Source: an uncultured candidate division Zixibacteria bacterium (lineage in GTDB: Bacteria; Zixibacteria; MSB-5A5; GN15; FEB-12). From it: DNA of 64,000 bases. Positions 11,048 to 20,638 of the stretch are shown piece by piece; the first letter of the stretch is position 1, and each line of letters opens with the position of its first letter. The translations under genes and the position numbers were made by a program. Below the pieces are notes generated by a model, which saw only the letters and a list, made by a program, of their open reading frames with translations, made no database searches and was not told the origin of the DNA. Where the stretch lies: contig CAVTJJ010000004.1 of NCBI GenBank assembly GCA_963735035.1, positions 1,184,001 to 1,248,000 of the forward strand, read 5' to 3'.

Positions 11048-12352
11048 CGGGATGGGGCCCCAGGTTGGATTGGAGCAGTTGCCGCTGTGGGTGATCCGTC
11101 TCTCGTTTTCGCCGGACAGGTCCATCACGTAGATATCCGCCTCGCTCAGGCGCGACGAGCAAAAGATCACATGCTTGCCGTCGGGGGCGAAGTGCGGATT
11201 CTCGTTCTGGCCAACTTCGGTCAGTTCCCGATAGTCCGTCCCCGATGTGTCTATCGATACCAGATTGAAAAGACCCAGTTTGGTGCGGCTCACGAGTGTG
11301 ATCCGGTCACCTCGTTGTGACCAGATCGGCGAGTCGTTGTATTTGCCTTCATAGGTCAAACGTCGCACTCCCAGGCCGTCGGAATCCATCAAGTAGATCT
11401 GTGGGGCGCCGGTGCGGTCCGATGAAAACGCCAGCATGCGACCGTCCGGCGACCAGGTCGGGGCGGACTCGATCGAATTGCCGGTAGTAAGCCGCTTGAT
11501 CACCCGCCCGTTGAGATCGATCACGTAGATTTCCGAGTTGCCGTCCTTGGACAGTACACACGCGATCTTCATGCCGTCGGGCGAGACAGCCGGGGCGGCG
11601 GCGATGCCGGGAAAGTTGGTTATTTTCTTCACCAGCCCGGATTCGACCACTACGCTGTAGATCTGCGGGTCGCCGTCGCGGAAACTAGTGAAATAGATCG
11701 TTTTCCCATCCGGGCTGAAAACCGGGGAGATGCAGATACTGCCGGTCTTGGTGACCTGACGTTCATTGACCCCGTCGAAATCGGAAATGAAAACTTCCTT
11801 GGCCTTACCCACTTTCTTCATGTAGGCGATTTTGGTGCGGAAGATGCCCCGGTCGCCGGTCAGATTATAAACAACCTCGTTGGCGATATCATGCGCCAGC
11901 TCTCGCCAGTACTGACGGCTGTACTCAAGCGTGCCGCGCGCCACCTGGGTCTGGTTGTTGGTGAAGAATACCCGCCAGTAAATCCTCATGTTGGGACCTG
12001 GGAATTCCGTCTCCAGCTTGACCACATAGTCGGCTCCCAGCGCTTTCCATCCGAGAAGGTCAACTTCTTTGATCTCATAAGTGCGCAAGTAGAAAGTATC
12101 GAGCTGAACGAGCTTGAAGTCGGCGTAGAAGTCGATGTCGTTCTGCACGACCGTGGTGACATAACGCATCAGCGCGGAATCTTCGGAGGCGATATAGCTG
12201 GTTCCGATGTATCGTGCGGCATCGACCCCTATCTCGGTGGCTTGGAATCTGCCTTTGATTGTGTCGATACGGACGTCGCGCACACCCTGGGCGAGGGCAC
12301 ACAGGGGAAGAAAGACCAGGGCGAGGACGGCTGCTATGCGAAATAATTTCAT
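11045..12352 (-). CDS. tolB: Tol-Pal beta-propeller protein TolB
   Basis: Signal peptide, AHDIANEV...LTG N-domain end, PD40 repeats (P.FSPDG, PTWSPDG); tol-pal context. Confidence 0.93.
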   Translation of the reverse strand: MKLFRIAAVLALVFLPLCALAQGVRDVRIDTIKGRFQATEIGVDAARYIGTSYIASEDSALMRYVTTVVQNDIDFYADFKLVQLDTFYLRTYEIKEVDLLGWKALGADYVVKLETEFPGPNMRIYWRVFFTNNQTQVARGTLEYSRQYWRELAHDIANEVVYNLTGDRGIFRTKIAYMKKVGKAKEVFISDFDGVNERQVTKTGSICISPVFSPDGKTIYFTSFRDGDPQIYSVVVESGLVKKITNFPGIAAAPAVSPDGMKIACVLSKDGNSEIYVIDLNGRVIKRLTTGNSIESAPTWSPDGRMLAFSSDRTGAPQIYLMDSDGLGVRRLTYEGKYNDSPIWSQRGDRITLVSRTKLGLFNLVSIDTSGTDYRELTEVGQNENPHFAPDGKHVIFCSSRLSEADIYVMDLSGENERRITHSGNCSNPTWGPIP

Positions 12353-12368
12353 GGGTTAGGCTCTGAGA

Positions 12369-13070
12369 TCAATTGGTGAAGGTGACATATATCCCTATGA
12401 TTTCATCCACGAATTCACGGGGTAGGGGAGGAAACGGAGCTGACCGTTCGATGGCCGTCAGGCAGGCCTGATCGAATTGAGGAATGCCTGACGATGTTAC
12501 TACTTTCTGCTCGATAACACGACCGGACTTGATCACTTGAAAATAGACGTCGCACGAGACGGCACCGTCGATCACGACGGGTATGCGGAAATTCTGACAG
12601 AGTTTGTTAAAGGCCAGTGTAAACCAGTACGGGTAATTGAACGAGGCGTTGTCAACCCCCATGCCGGAAACACTGGAACCACTGGGCGCATCGACATCTA
12701 TCTTACCTTCAGGAGTTCCGGGTTGATTCTGATCGCCGGTTTCGGTGGCGTCGGTAGTTGGTTTGGCCTTGGGCTTCTCAGCCTGTTTCTTCGGCTTGTC
12801 CACCGGTTTGACATTCTTGGCCGGCTTGGTGGACGGGGCCTCGATGGGGACATCTTTCGGCTGGGCCTTGACTGTCTTGGGAGGTTCCGGTTCCGGCACA
12901 GGTTCAGCCGGTTTAATCTTGGCTCCGGGGAGATCACCCGCGCTGATCATTCCCACCCGGATGACATCAGTGAAATCGTGCGGTTTCTTGATATTCAACG
13001 GCGAGGCGTACACGGTCACGAAGATGATTACCGCGTGCAGGATAAGTGAAGCTGTAAGATCGCGCCCCAT
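12369..13070 (-). CDS. tolA: TolA/TonB-family energy transducer
   Basis: N-terminal TM with SxxxH motif, Pro/Lys-rich linker, TonB_C-like end (SSG..FD.A...AI.R.APFPPLP). Confidence 0.8.
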   Translation of the reverse strand: MGRDLTASLILHAVIIFVTVYASPLNIKKPHDFTDVIRVGMISAGDLPGAKIKPAEPVPEPEPPKTVKAQPKDVPIEAPSTKPAKNVKPVDKPKKQAEKPKAKPTTDATETGDQNQPGTPEGKIDVDAPSGSSVSGMGVDNASFNYPYWFTLAFNKLCQNFRIPVVIDGAVSCDVYFQVIKSGRVIEQKVVTSSGIPQFDQACLTAIERSAPFPPLPREFVDEIIGIYVTFTN

Positions 13071-13076
13071 GGGAAT

Positions 13077-13514
13077 CTATCTCCGCGGGCGGCCCGTAGC
13101 GGCTTTCTCTTCGTAGGCGGTGACTAGGCCGATGTTTTCAATTCCGGCCGCTTTGATCTTGCCGATCAGATTGATGGCGTTGCCGTAGGCTATCGTGGAA
13201 TCGCCGCGCAGATAGACCGAGGTGGTGCCTTTGACTTCCATCTCATGCTTCAGTTTAGCGACGAATTCATTCGGATTAGAGAAGACGTCGTTGATGTAAA
13301 TCCCGCCCTTCTTGTCGATCGTGACCACCACACCGGTGACTTCGTCCTGAAGAATAGCAGCCCGTGTCTTGGGCAGATCGACTTCGATTCCCGATTGCAG
13401 AAGAGGCGCCGAGATCATAAAGATAATCAACAGTACCAGCACTACGTCCACCAGGTTGGTGATATTGATATCAGCCACGGTGTGGTAGTCGCGGGTGTGA
13501 GGGCGACGGGTCAT
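13077..13514 (-). CDS. tolR: TolR/ExbD family protein
   Basis: INITNLVDVVLVLLIIFMI, VDLP and LRGD motifs. Confidence 0.9.
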   Translation of the reverse strand: MTRRPHTRDYHTVADINITNLVDVVLVLLIIFMISAPLLQSGIEVDLPKTRAAILQDEVTGVVVTIDKKGGIYINDVFSNPNEFVAKLKHEMEVKGTTSVYLRGDSTIAYGNAINLIGKIKAAGIENIGLVTAYEEKAATGRPRR

Positions 13515-13515
13515 G

Positions 13516-14232
13516 TTACATCGCTTCCTTGCGGGCGCGGGAGAGGAACTCCAGTATGAAGCTTAGTGCTTCGTTGTGCGCGACCTTGGTGTGGTTGTTC
13601 GCCCAGTTGTAAGCAATCACGGCCGGAATAGCGGCCCCGAGGCCAACGATAGTAGCCAGAAGCGCCTCGGCGATACCGGGGGCCACAATCGCCAGCGACG
13701 CCGAGCCGCGCTCGCCGATAGCCCAGAACGAATCCATGATGCCGACAATCGTGCCGAGCAGGCCCAGGAAAGGCGCCGCGCTAGTGGTGGTCGCCAGATA
13801 GATCACCTGGCGTTCCTGTTTGGCCATCTCTTCGTTGAGACTGCGCTCCATCGACATTTCGACCAGATCGAAATCCTCGGTGCAGAGCGGGACAGGGCTG
13901 CCCGCCAGACCGCTGATTTCGTTCCGCTTCTGCTTCAGAATCGCAATTTCCTTGGAGCCCGCCTTGTAGATGCTGGCTACCGGGGCCTGTTTGTACATCT
14001 GCGCCTGACCGGCGGCGTCGTCGAGCTTTTGGGCCCGGTGGAAGAAGGTCATGAAACTGTGGCTGTCCTGCTTGACCGCCCGGAACTGACGAATCTTGCG
14101 AAAGATGACCATCCAGGAGATCAGCGACATAGTCACGAGGATGACCATGATCACCGCTCCAAATGTTGACAGGCTCTGAACTATCTGCCAGAGTGATCCG
14201 TTGGCGATTAAGACGGGCAATCCATTGTCCAT
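13516..14232 (-). CDS. tolQ: TolQ/ExbB/MotA family proton channel
   Basis: APFLGLLGTIVGIM and VAPGIAEALLAT..GL.AAIPA motifs. Confidence 0.92.
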   Translation of the reverse strand: MDNGLPVLIANGSLWQIVQSLSTFGAVIMVILVTMSLISWMVIFRKIRQFRAVKQDSHSFMTFFHRAQKLDDAAGQAQMYKQAPVASIYKAGSKEIAILKQKRNEISGLAGSPVPLCTEDFDLVEMSMERSLNEEMAKQERQVIYLATTTSAAPFLGLLGTIVGIMDSFWAIGERGSASLAIVAPGIAEALLATIVGLGAAIPAVIAYNWANNHTKVAHNEALSFILEFLSRARKEAM

Positions 14233-14373
14233 ATTTCTTGTACAGCCTCTTCGGGGTTTGGTTTAACTGCCGTACCCCGGCAGCGGGAAAATAGTTCCAT
14301 TCAAGCCTAATAACCTACCCCTGAAAGGCAAAAACAATCAACAAAAACCGGGATTTGGGTATTTGCGTCGAGT

Positions 14374-15053
14374 TTGTGCGTGGCGTACCTCCCGGTGCGC
14401 CACGTGGTCTCGTGGTAAGTCCGTCTTTGAACCTGCCACTGAAATGTTGTGTCAGGTCCTGTCCCCGGCCCACCGGAGGTGGGGTGGGGATGTGACCTGA
14501 CACGGCAACTCACTCGCAAGCGGGCGTCAGGTCACACCTCCTCGCTCGCCTGCGGCGAACGAGGAGGCAGGACCCGACGCAACCTGGTACGGCAGCTTTT
14601 CAACAAGTCAAACGCATTCGGCTTCCTGTCCCCGCCTCCGCTTTTATGTTGACGCTCATCACCGGCCGGGACACTCTTTGCAATGTAGGGCTATAGGGAA
14701 GAATAGGTATATGTCGAGGATTTTTCTGATTCTGGTTTGCGCTTTGGCAATTGCCGTGGCGATGCCGGGTTGCAGCAAGAAGAAAGATCAGCCCCGCCCC
14801 GGAGCAGCCGGTCAGGCGGAAGAAGTCGCTGATTCGACCCGTCTCGATTCGGCCGTAACCAGGGATAGTAGCGAGCCGCCGTTACAGGACAGTATCGCCC
14901 CACGAACGCGGCGTGGGTATCGTTGATTGCCTCGATTCGGAGGTAGAAGACTTGTGCGTGGCGTACCTCCCGGTGCGCCACGTTTCTTGTTGGCGGGCCA
15001 ACCACGGAATTGTTGGTGCACGAACCCGGCAGATGTGGACATCTGCCGGGCAC
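14374..15053. repeat. REP-like elements flanking a small lipoprotein gene
   Basis: Identical 32-mer TTGTGCGTGGCGTACCTCCCGGTGCGCCACGT at 14374-14405 and 14952-14983; GTCAGGTC hairpins at 14446-14503 and 14524-14583; CCCGGCAGATGTGGACATCTGCCGGG at 15025-15050. Confidence 0.85.
14711..14926 (+). CDS. Small putative lipoprotein (71 aa)
   Basis: MSRIFLILVCALAIAVAMPGC-SKKK signal/lipobox; low-complexity tail with four D-S-x motifs. Confidence 0.7.
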   Translation: MSRIFLILVCALAIAVAMPGCSKKKDQPRPGAAGQAEEVADSTRLDSAVTRDSSEPPLQDSIAPRTRRGYR

Positions 15054-15060
15054 AAGATCA

Positions 15061-15098
15061 AATAGTAAAGGGCTCTCGGCGTTAGCCGGGAGCCCTTT
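15061..15098 (-). terminator. Rho-independent terminator after the GlmL-like operon (possibly bidirectional)
   Basis: Minus-strand hairpin AAAGGGCTCCCGGC-TAAC-GCCGAGAGCCCTTT followed by ACTATTT, about 20 bp past the stop at 15120. Confidence 0.7.
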
Positions 15099-15119
15099 GA
15101 TCATATGCGGAAGTACGGC

Positions 15120-16241
15120 TTAGCCTTCGATCATCTCGACATTGGCGCGTGGAACGATCGCTTCGGTGTTGTCATCGAACCTGACACCAAGAATACGAGC
15201 CTTCGACTCCGATTCCAGCTTCTGTAGCGGCGACGGGAGATCGGTGACCGTGCCCAAACGACCGAAGTGAGGGTGACGGATCACGCGGATCGGCGAACCG
15301 ATAACCAGTCCGCCCGGTTCCTGTTCGAGAGCATCCGGGGTAATGGCCACACCCGGGGTCGGGATGACCAGTTCCGGTCGAATAACGCCGGCGCGAATCT
15401 GAGTGGCGCCGTTGATGCAGGCCATCTCGCCTTCATGTCGTTTCAAGAGCTCAAACGTCTTGGCGGCCATGTTGATTTGGCCAAAACCTTCGGTGACTAC
15501 CAGCGTGGTCGCGGTGTCTTCGGAGCCGGTAATAGCAACGCCAATGTCATAGCCGAGAAAATCGCGCAGGTCCTTGTCGTCAAATCCGCCGACCACAATG
15601 CCTCGCACGTTGAGCTTGATTGCCTTGCGCAGGGCGCCCGCGGTAACCAGCGATCCGCCGACAATGACTTTACCGGTCATCGATTCGAGCACGAGGTTTT
15701 CGTCCAGAACGACCGTCGGGTCTTTGACTGCGATCTGTATCGGACCGTTCTTTTCGCCGCCGATGCCAAAAATCCCCTGCACGAAACTGGCCATGCACTG
15801 GACTTCGACCCCTTCGGACGGATACACCTGGGTGACCTCGCCCTTCAGATATGCTTTCACCTCGACCGGACTCGGCGCTCCGCGCTGCAGGACCTGGCCT
15901 GTAATCGAAGATATCGATTCGATCGTACCGTCGATAGTAGCGTTGCACTGGTTCTTGAAGATGAAAAGAGTCTTGGAAACCGCCATCAACTCGCCGGCCT
16001 TGATTCGGTCGCCCACTTTCTTGAGCATCACCATTTCGATGTCTTCCGGCGGAATGCCCAGCTTGTTGGCGACGTTTATCGGGACAACACTACCCGGCAG
16101 TTCGGTGCGGGCTACGACATCGTCGGGGTTGACTTGGTCGCCGACTTTTCGAAGGACGTTTCCCTTCAGTGGCAGTATTCTATGTTTTTTGACCAGGAGC
16201 TTTTCTTTGACTTTGAGACCCGGTGTATATGCGTGACCCAT
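15120..16241 (-). CDS. Hypothetical cytoplasmic protein with barrel-sandwich-hybrid motifs and a C-terminal KOW-like motif; partner of the GlmL-like ATPase
   Basis: KVGDQVNPDDVVA and KKVGDRIKAGELMA...ATIDGTIESI hybrid-motif halves; C-terminal GSPIRVIRHPHFGRLGTV; no signal peptide or TM. Confidence 0.75.
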   Translation of the reverse strand: MGHAYTPGLKVKEKLLVKKHRILPLKGNVLRKVGDQVNPDDVVARTELPGSVVPINVANKLGIPPEDIEMVMLKKVGDRIKAGELMAVSKTLFIFKNQCNATIDGTIESISSITGQVLQRGAPSPVEVKAYLKGEVTQVYPSEGVEVQCMASFVQGIFGIGGEKNGPIQIAVKDPTVVLDENLVLESMTGKVIVGGSLVTAGALRKAIKLNVRGIVVGGFDDKDLRDFLGYDIGVAITGSEDTATTLVVTEGFGQINMAAKTFELLKRHEGEMACINGATQIRAGVIRPELVIPTPGVAITPDALEQEPGGLVIGSPIRVIRHPHFGRLGTVTDLPSPLQKLESESKARILGVRFDDNTEAIVPRANVEMIEG

Positions 16242-16244
16242 GGT

Positions 16245-17027
16245 TTAACCCTTTTGCGTGTTCGAGCTGTTAGCCTGTTGTCTCTTCTTCCTCAAGCGTA
16301 CTATCAAGACGAGGAGTATGATGAAGAGGGGCGTTCCGAATATGAGCGGATAGTTGAGGGAGCCTTCGGGCTTCTTTTCAATGTCTGCGACCTTTACCGG
16401 TTCGGCCGTGGTCGCATTCGGAAGCGGCTCGGTTGAGACCGACATAATCATCTCACGGTACAACGGAAGATTAGCTGCATACTTGAATGTGGGTGAATAA
16501 AAATAGAAGTTGGCGATACCCTGCTCGTAGAACGTCATGACCAGAAGATTGATCTTGGTTCCGGAACTGTCGCCGGGGACCTCTGATTCTACCGAAGCAC
16601 GCTTGCCCGCCCGGTCGAAGACGACCGAATCCTTGCAGTATGACCTCAGAAAGACATCGGAGGTGACTTCCTTGATGGGGCGCTTGAATTCCGTAGACAA
16701 GCTGCCGATGACCGAATCGATCTGGTGGGGGGCAAGATTGCCGACCGTATCGACTGTGAGGATGAGGTACTGATCCTCGAAAAGGACCATCGCATTCTTC
16801 TCACAGAAGACGGCCTCGAATTCGACTTTCTGGGCCGTATCGCCGCGTGACAGATAGAACTGGGCGGTGGTGTAATCGAGTTGAGTCCAGGTGTCGGGAT
16901 AAGTAAAATGAAACCGGCCGTTGTAGCTGACAAAAGTCTCGGCCGAGGCCGACACCGTCGCCAGGCACAGCGACAACACTACCAGACTCAGCATCAGTCC
17001 CAACCGTGTTAATCTGATCGAATACAT
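16245..17027 (-). CDS. Exported protein with C-terminal membrane anchor (PsbP-like N-terminus possible)
   Basis: Signal peptide ending ASA, GRFHFTYPDTW, C-terminal hydrophobic helix followed by RLRKKR. Confidence 0.7.
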   Translation of the reverse strand: MYSIRLTRLGLMLSLVVLSLCLATVSASAETFVSYNGRFHFTYPDTWTQLDYTTAQFYLSRGDTAQKVEFEAVFCEKNAMVLFEDQYLILTVDTVGNLAPHQIDSVIGSLSTEFKRPIKEVTSDVFLRSYCKDSVVFDRAGKRASVESEVPGDSSGTKINLLVMTFYEQGIANFYFYSPTFKYAANLPLYREMIMSVSTEPLPNATTAEPVKVADIEKKPEGSLNYPLIFGTPLFIILLVLIVRLRKKRQQANSSNTQKG

Positions 17028-17039
17028 TTAGGTCACTCC

Positions 17040-18899
17040 CTATTTCTGATCCAGCACGCCGGTCGGATAGATGTCCAACTCGGTCATCCACTTCTTCAAT
17101 TGAGCCACGCGATCTTTTTCCGGCAGCGAGGAGAGGTCGAACGGGCGTCCGCGTCCGTCGAGAATGATTCCCACCACACCACCGTGCAGTTCGCGCTCAA
17201 CTTTGTTGCCGGGGCCGGCGCCGACATCGAACCCGCGTTCCGGTTCGAGCACCGCGCGGGCCATCTGAGGCAGGCCATTTTCCTGCAGCCCCAGCTTGAA
17301 CAGTCTCATATCGAGATAGTTCAACGTTCCACTGACAACGCCATCGGGCAGATGGATCTGATACTTCATTATCGGCCCCGGCTTCTTCATTGTCCCAACC
17401 GGAGCGACACAAGTGCCCAGATGAATCAGGCAATCCTTTTCGAATACTTCAGTGGCGGCGCGCGGTTGAACCTCGGTCAGCACACCCAGTTGCGGCATCA
17501 TGAAGATAGAATCCACCGCCAGTCGGGTGACGCCTTCCGGCATGAAAGCATCGATCAACATCAGGCCGGACTGTTGACGGCGCGGCGCGTGAGAGAGCAC
17601 GCCGCCCGAACCGATCAGCATGTCGAGCGTCATCATGTTGACGATCGTTCCACCGGAAGTTGACTGCTCGAAAGCATCGGCGATAGTGCGCTGCTGCTGG
17701 ACACCTTTGAGCACCGTGGCGAAATTCTTGTGCTGAATAAAGGCGAGACGCAGCGCTTCTTTGGCGATGGCCTGTTCGAAAATCAACTCTTCCATCGACT
17801 GCGGAATCGTGGTCGGACGGATCATCTTGTTCTTGACCCGGTTGCGCAGGTCGCGCTCGTTCATCTCGAACGGCACCCAGCGCATGACCATCGGAAGCGT
17901 CGCCTCGGCGAAAACATTCGAAATCGAGTAGGACATGCCCAGGTTGGCCGAGACCGTACGGTTGAAGACGCCGGTCTTGCCGTCCGGACGGAATACCGAG
18001 AAGACGTCAGTCGTAGCGCCGCCGATGTCCACACCCACCGCCTCGATGCCGTACTGGTCGGCGATGGTCTTGATAATCAAACCGACTGCGCCCGGAGTGG
18101 GCATGATCGGGGCGTCGGTCCATTCCATCAGCTTCTTGTAGCCGGGGGCCTGCGCCATGACGTGTTCCATGAAGAGCTCGTGGATTTCTTCGCGGGCCGG
18201 GCCGAGATTTTCCATTTCGAGAACCGGGCGAAGATTGTCGACCGTTCTGAGATCGACCTTGCTTGACAAAGTCTTCTTGACTGCCTCGGCGGCATCTTTG
18301 TTGCCGGCGTAGATAATCGGTAATTTGTATCCGGTGCCCAGGCGTGGCTTGGGATCGGCTGCGGAGACGAGTTCGGCGATTTCAACCACGTGGGTCGTGG
18401 TGCCGCCGTCGATACCGCCTGAAAGAAGGATCATGTCGGGGCGGAGGTGGCGGATGCGTTCGATCTGCTGATGGGGGAGACGCTTGTCATTCGAAGCGAT
18501 GACGTCCATGACGATCGCACCGGCGCCCAGAGCCGCCCGCTCGGCCGATTCGGCGGTCATCGAACGAACCACACCGGCGACCATCATTTGAAGACCGCCT
18601 CCGGCTGATGATGTTGAAATATAGACGTCAGTGCCGATTCCGCCCTTGGCCGGAGATATGAACCGGTTGTTCTCGTCGAGTAACTTGCGTCCCGCCAGCT
18701 CTTCAAGCTCTGCGACCGCATTCAGCACGCCCATGGTTACATCTTCAAACGGGGCTTCCACGGTCGTGGGTGCTTCGCCGCGGGAGATAAGACGGTATTC
18801 GCCGTTCACATACTCGATCAGAATCGCTTTGGTGGTGGTTGATCCGCAATCGGTGGCAACAATTACCTTGATGTCTTCTGGGTTGTCGAACTTAGCCAT
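17040..18899 (-). CDS. GlmL/MutL-like (glutamate mutase accessory family) ASKHA-fold ATPase with C-terminal extension
   Basis: Phosphate-1 ATDCGSTTTKA, SSAGGGL, PDMILLSGGIDGG, IIYAGN, PTPGAV, phosphate-2 VDIGGATTDV, adenosine LIGSGGVLSH. Confidence 0.85.
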   Translation of the reverse strand: MAKFDNPEDIKVIVATDCGSTTTKAILIEYVNGEYRLISRGEAPTTVEAPFEDVTMGVLNAVAELEELAGRKLLDENNRFISPAKGGIGTDVYISTSSAGGGLQMMVAGVVRSMTAESAERAALGAGAIVMDVIASNDKRLPHQQIERIRHLRPDMILLSGGIDGGTTTHVVEIAELVSAADPKPRLGTGYKLPIIYAGNKDAAEAVKKTLSSKVDLRTVDNLRPVLEMENLGPAREEIHELFMEHVMAQAPGYKKLMEWTDAPIMPTPGAVGLIIKTIADQYGIEAVGVDIGGATTDVFSVFRPDGKTGVFNRTVSANLGMSYSISNVFAEATLPMVMRWVPFEMNERDLRNRVKNKMIRPTTIPQSMEELIFEQAIAKEALRLAFIQHKNFATVLKGVQQQRTIADAFEQSTSGGTIVNMMTLDMLIGSGGVLSHAPRRQQSGLMLIDAFMPEGVTRLAVDSIFMMPQLGVLTEVQPRAATEVFEKDCLIHLGTCVAPVGTMKKPGPIMKYQIHLPDGVVSGTLNYLDMRLFKLGLQENGLPQMARAVLEPERGFDVGAGPGNKVERELHGGVVGIILDGRGRPFDLSSLPEKDRVAQLKKWMTELDIYPTGVLDQK

Positions 18900-19009
18900 C
18901 AGGAATTCATCTCAGCTTTCTGTGTTGTGTCGCGCCTCACAGTTTGTTGTCTCCCAAGCGACTAACTTGGGGCCAAACCAGTGAGGACTATATTACAGTC
19001 AAGTCGAAA

Positions 19010-19038
19010 ATAATACCACAAGCCGTCTACCTTGTAAA
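19010..19038 (-). promoter_or_regulatory. Putative sigma70 promoter of the GlmL-like operon
   Basis: Minus strand TTTACA-N17-TATTAT with an extended -10 TG. Confidence 0.55.
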
Positions 19039-19197
19039 GGTCGATTTTGGACGCGCTTATTGACCGACTGATTGACGGCTGCATTTGTTGACAGAGAAGC
19101 GGGGCGTTTTGGGACTCTCGATTTCGGGTTAAAGCGGCTTATCCAATCGAAGCCCCCTTATCGCATTCCATCCTCGGATCCGGTTGGGGGTTTTCAC

Positions 19198-19226
19198 TTG
19201 ACTTGACCCGCAAGTGCCGATAGATT
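19198..19226 (+). promoter_or_regulatory. Putative sigma70 promoter of the 12-gene membrane operon
   Basis: TTGACT-N17-TAGATT. Confidence 0.55.
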
Positions 19227-19394
19227 GGCCTGTTCGAGGTTCCACAGGATTGCTCAGGCCTCCCCGTCGAACCGAACGGTTGTGGTTGCAGGTTGGATTT
19301 GACATTACCGGTCCTGGTTCGTCCCTTGGTGGGCTCGGCCTTCGCTTCCCTTTACAGGATGCGGGCTTAGAGTAGAAAGATTGGACTCTTCAGT

Positions 19395-20636
19395 TTGAGT
19401 GACCGTCTCCGACATCCCTTGACCTTACTGGTTGTCCTCGTACTAGTCGCAGTCCTGCCAATCGGCGCGTTACTGGCTCAATCGCCTCAACCGAATACAT
19501 CGACCCAAACTGCATCGTCGAATCTCCCCGTTCTCCGTCCGATCGATAGTCTGATCGGGAGCGATCTACCCAACGACGATGGGGGTGAAGTCAGACTGCG
19601 CTGGGCGATTTCTCCCGATGATGTCAAAGGTGGGGTGGTCACCGGATATCGCGTTCTGAAAGCTGTCGATCCCGACAGTCCTTTTGTTGAAGTCGGCGAC
19701 GTGGCCTCGGGGACAACCCAATTTGACGGTGGTGACATCGAGAACGGCCGACCGTACTTCTTCAAAGTTCGGGTGATGGGATTAGCGACGGGCGAAAATG
19801 GTGTCGTCAATGAGATCTTCACCGATTCGAAAATTGCCGGCCCCGTTATTTCATCGGTGCAGTACTTTCACGTGGGTCGACTGAATGTTGCGGTTGTCAC
19901 CGCCCTGGTGATTTTCCTGATCATCTTCTGGATTCAACGCGCGCGTTCGGGGGCCAAGCTCTACATTCGCAAGATTGCCGGACTGGATGCGGTTGACGAA
20001 GCCATCGGTCGGGCCACCGAGATGGGCAAGAAGGTTATTTACGTACCGGGCATCGATGATATGGACAATCTCATGACCATTTCCTCGATGATCATCCTGG
20101 GTTACGTGGCCGAAATAACCGCCACCTACGATACGTATTTGGAAGTGCCTACCTGCAAATCGATGGTCATGGTGACGGCCAAGGAAGTGGTGAAAGAAGC
20201 CTATACGAAAGTGGGACGGTCCGATTCTTATCATCCCGACCAGGTGCACTATTTAACCGATGATCAATTCGGCTATGCGGCGGCCATTGACGGCATCGTG
20301 GTACGTCAGAAACCGGCTACCATGTTCTATATAGGGTCATTCTATGCAGAATCGCTGATTCTGGCCGAAATCGGCAACGCCGCCGGCGCCATTCAAATTG
20401 CAGGCACGGCCCAGGCCAGCCAATTGCCGTTTTTCGTGACGGCTTGTGACTATACTCTCATCGGCGAGGAGATGTTCGCCGCTTCAGCTTATCTCTCCAA
20501 AGAGCCGAGGCTTCTCGGTTCGCTCAAGGGACAGGACTACGCCAAGGCTCTGATCCTGGCGGCCATACTTGTCGGTCTGATTCTTGAATCCTTTCATCTC
20601 TGGGGTGGTTTCCACAGCCTCTTTACGGTGGTGTAG
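19395..20636 (+). CDS. Module 1 gene A: signal peptide + FN3-like domain + TM + DUF6754-like domain + TM
   Basis: FN3-like LRWAISPDD...GYRV...YFFKV; IRKIAGLDAVDEAIGRATEMG, FYAESL and TLIGEE.FAASAYL shared with two paralogues. The DUF6754 name is recalled, not searched. Confidence 0.8.
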   Translation: MSDRLRHPLTLLVVLVLVAVLPIGALLAQSPQPNTSTQTASSNLPVLRPIDSLIGSDLPNDDGGEVRLRWAISPDDVKGGVVTGYRVLKAVDPDSPFVEVGDVASGTTQFDGGDIENGRPYFFKVRVMGLATGENGVVNEIFTDSKIAGPVISSVQYFHVGRLNVAVVTALVIFLIIFWIQRARSGAKLYIRKIAGLDAVDEAIGRATEMGKKVIYVPGIDDMDNLMTISSMIILGYVAEITATYDTYLEVPTCKSMVMVTAKEVVKEAYTKVGRSDSYHPDQVHYLTDDQFGYAAAIDGIVVRQKPATMFYIGSFYAESLILAEIGNAAGAIQIAGTAQASQLPFFVTACDYTLIGEEMFAASAYLSKEPRLLGSLKGQDYAKALILAAILVGLILESFHLWGGFHSLFTVV

Positions 20637-20638
20637 CA

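Noticed and set aside
17040..18899. DNA mismatch repair MutL, or a functional glutamate mutase locus
   Set aside because: The motifs are ASKHA, not GHKL, and no cobalamin-dependent mutase subunits are present in the window.
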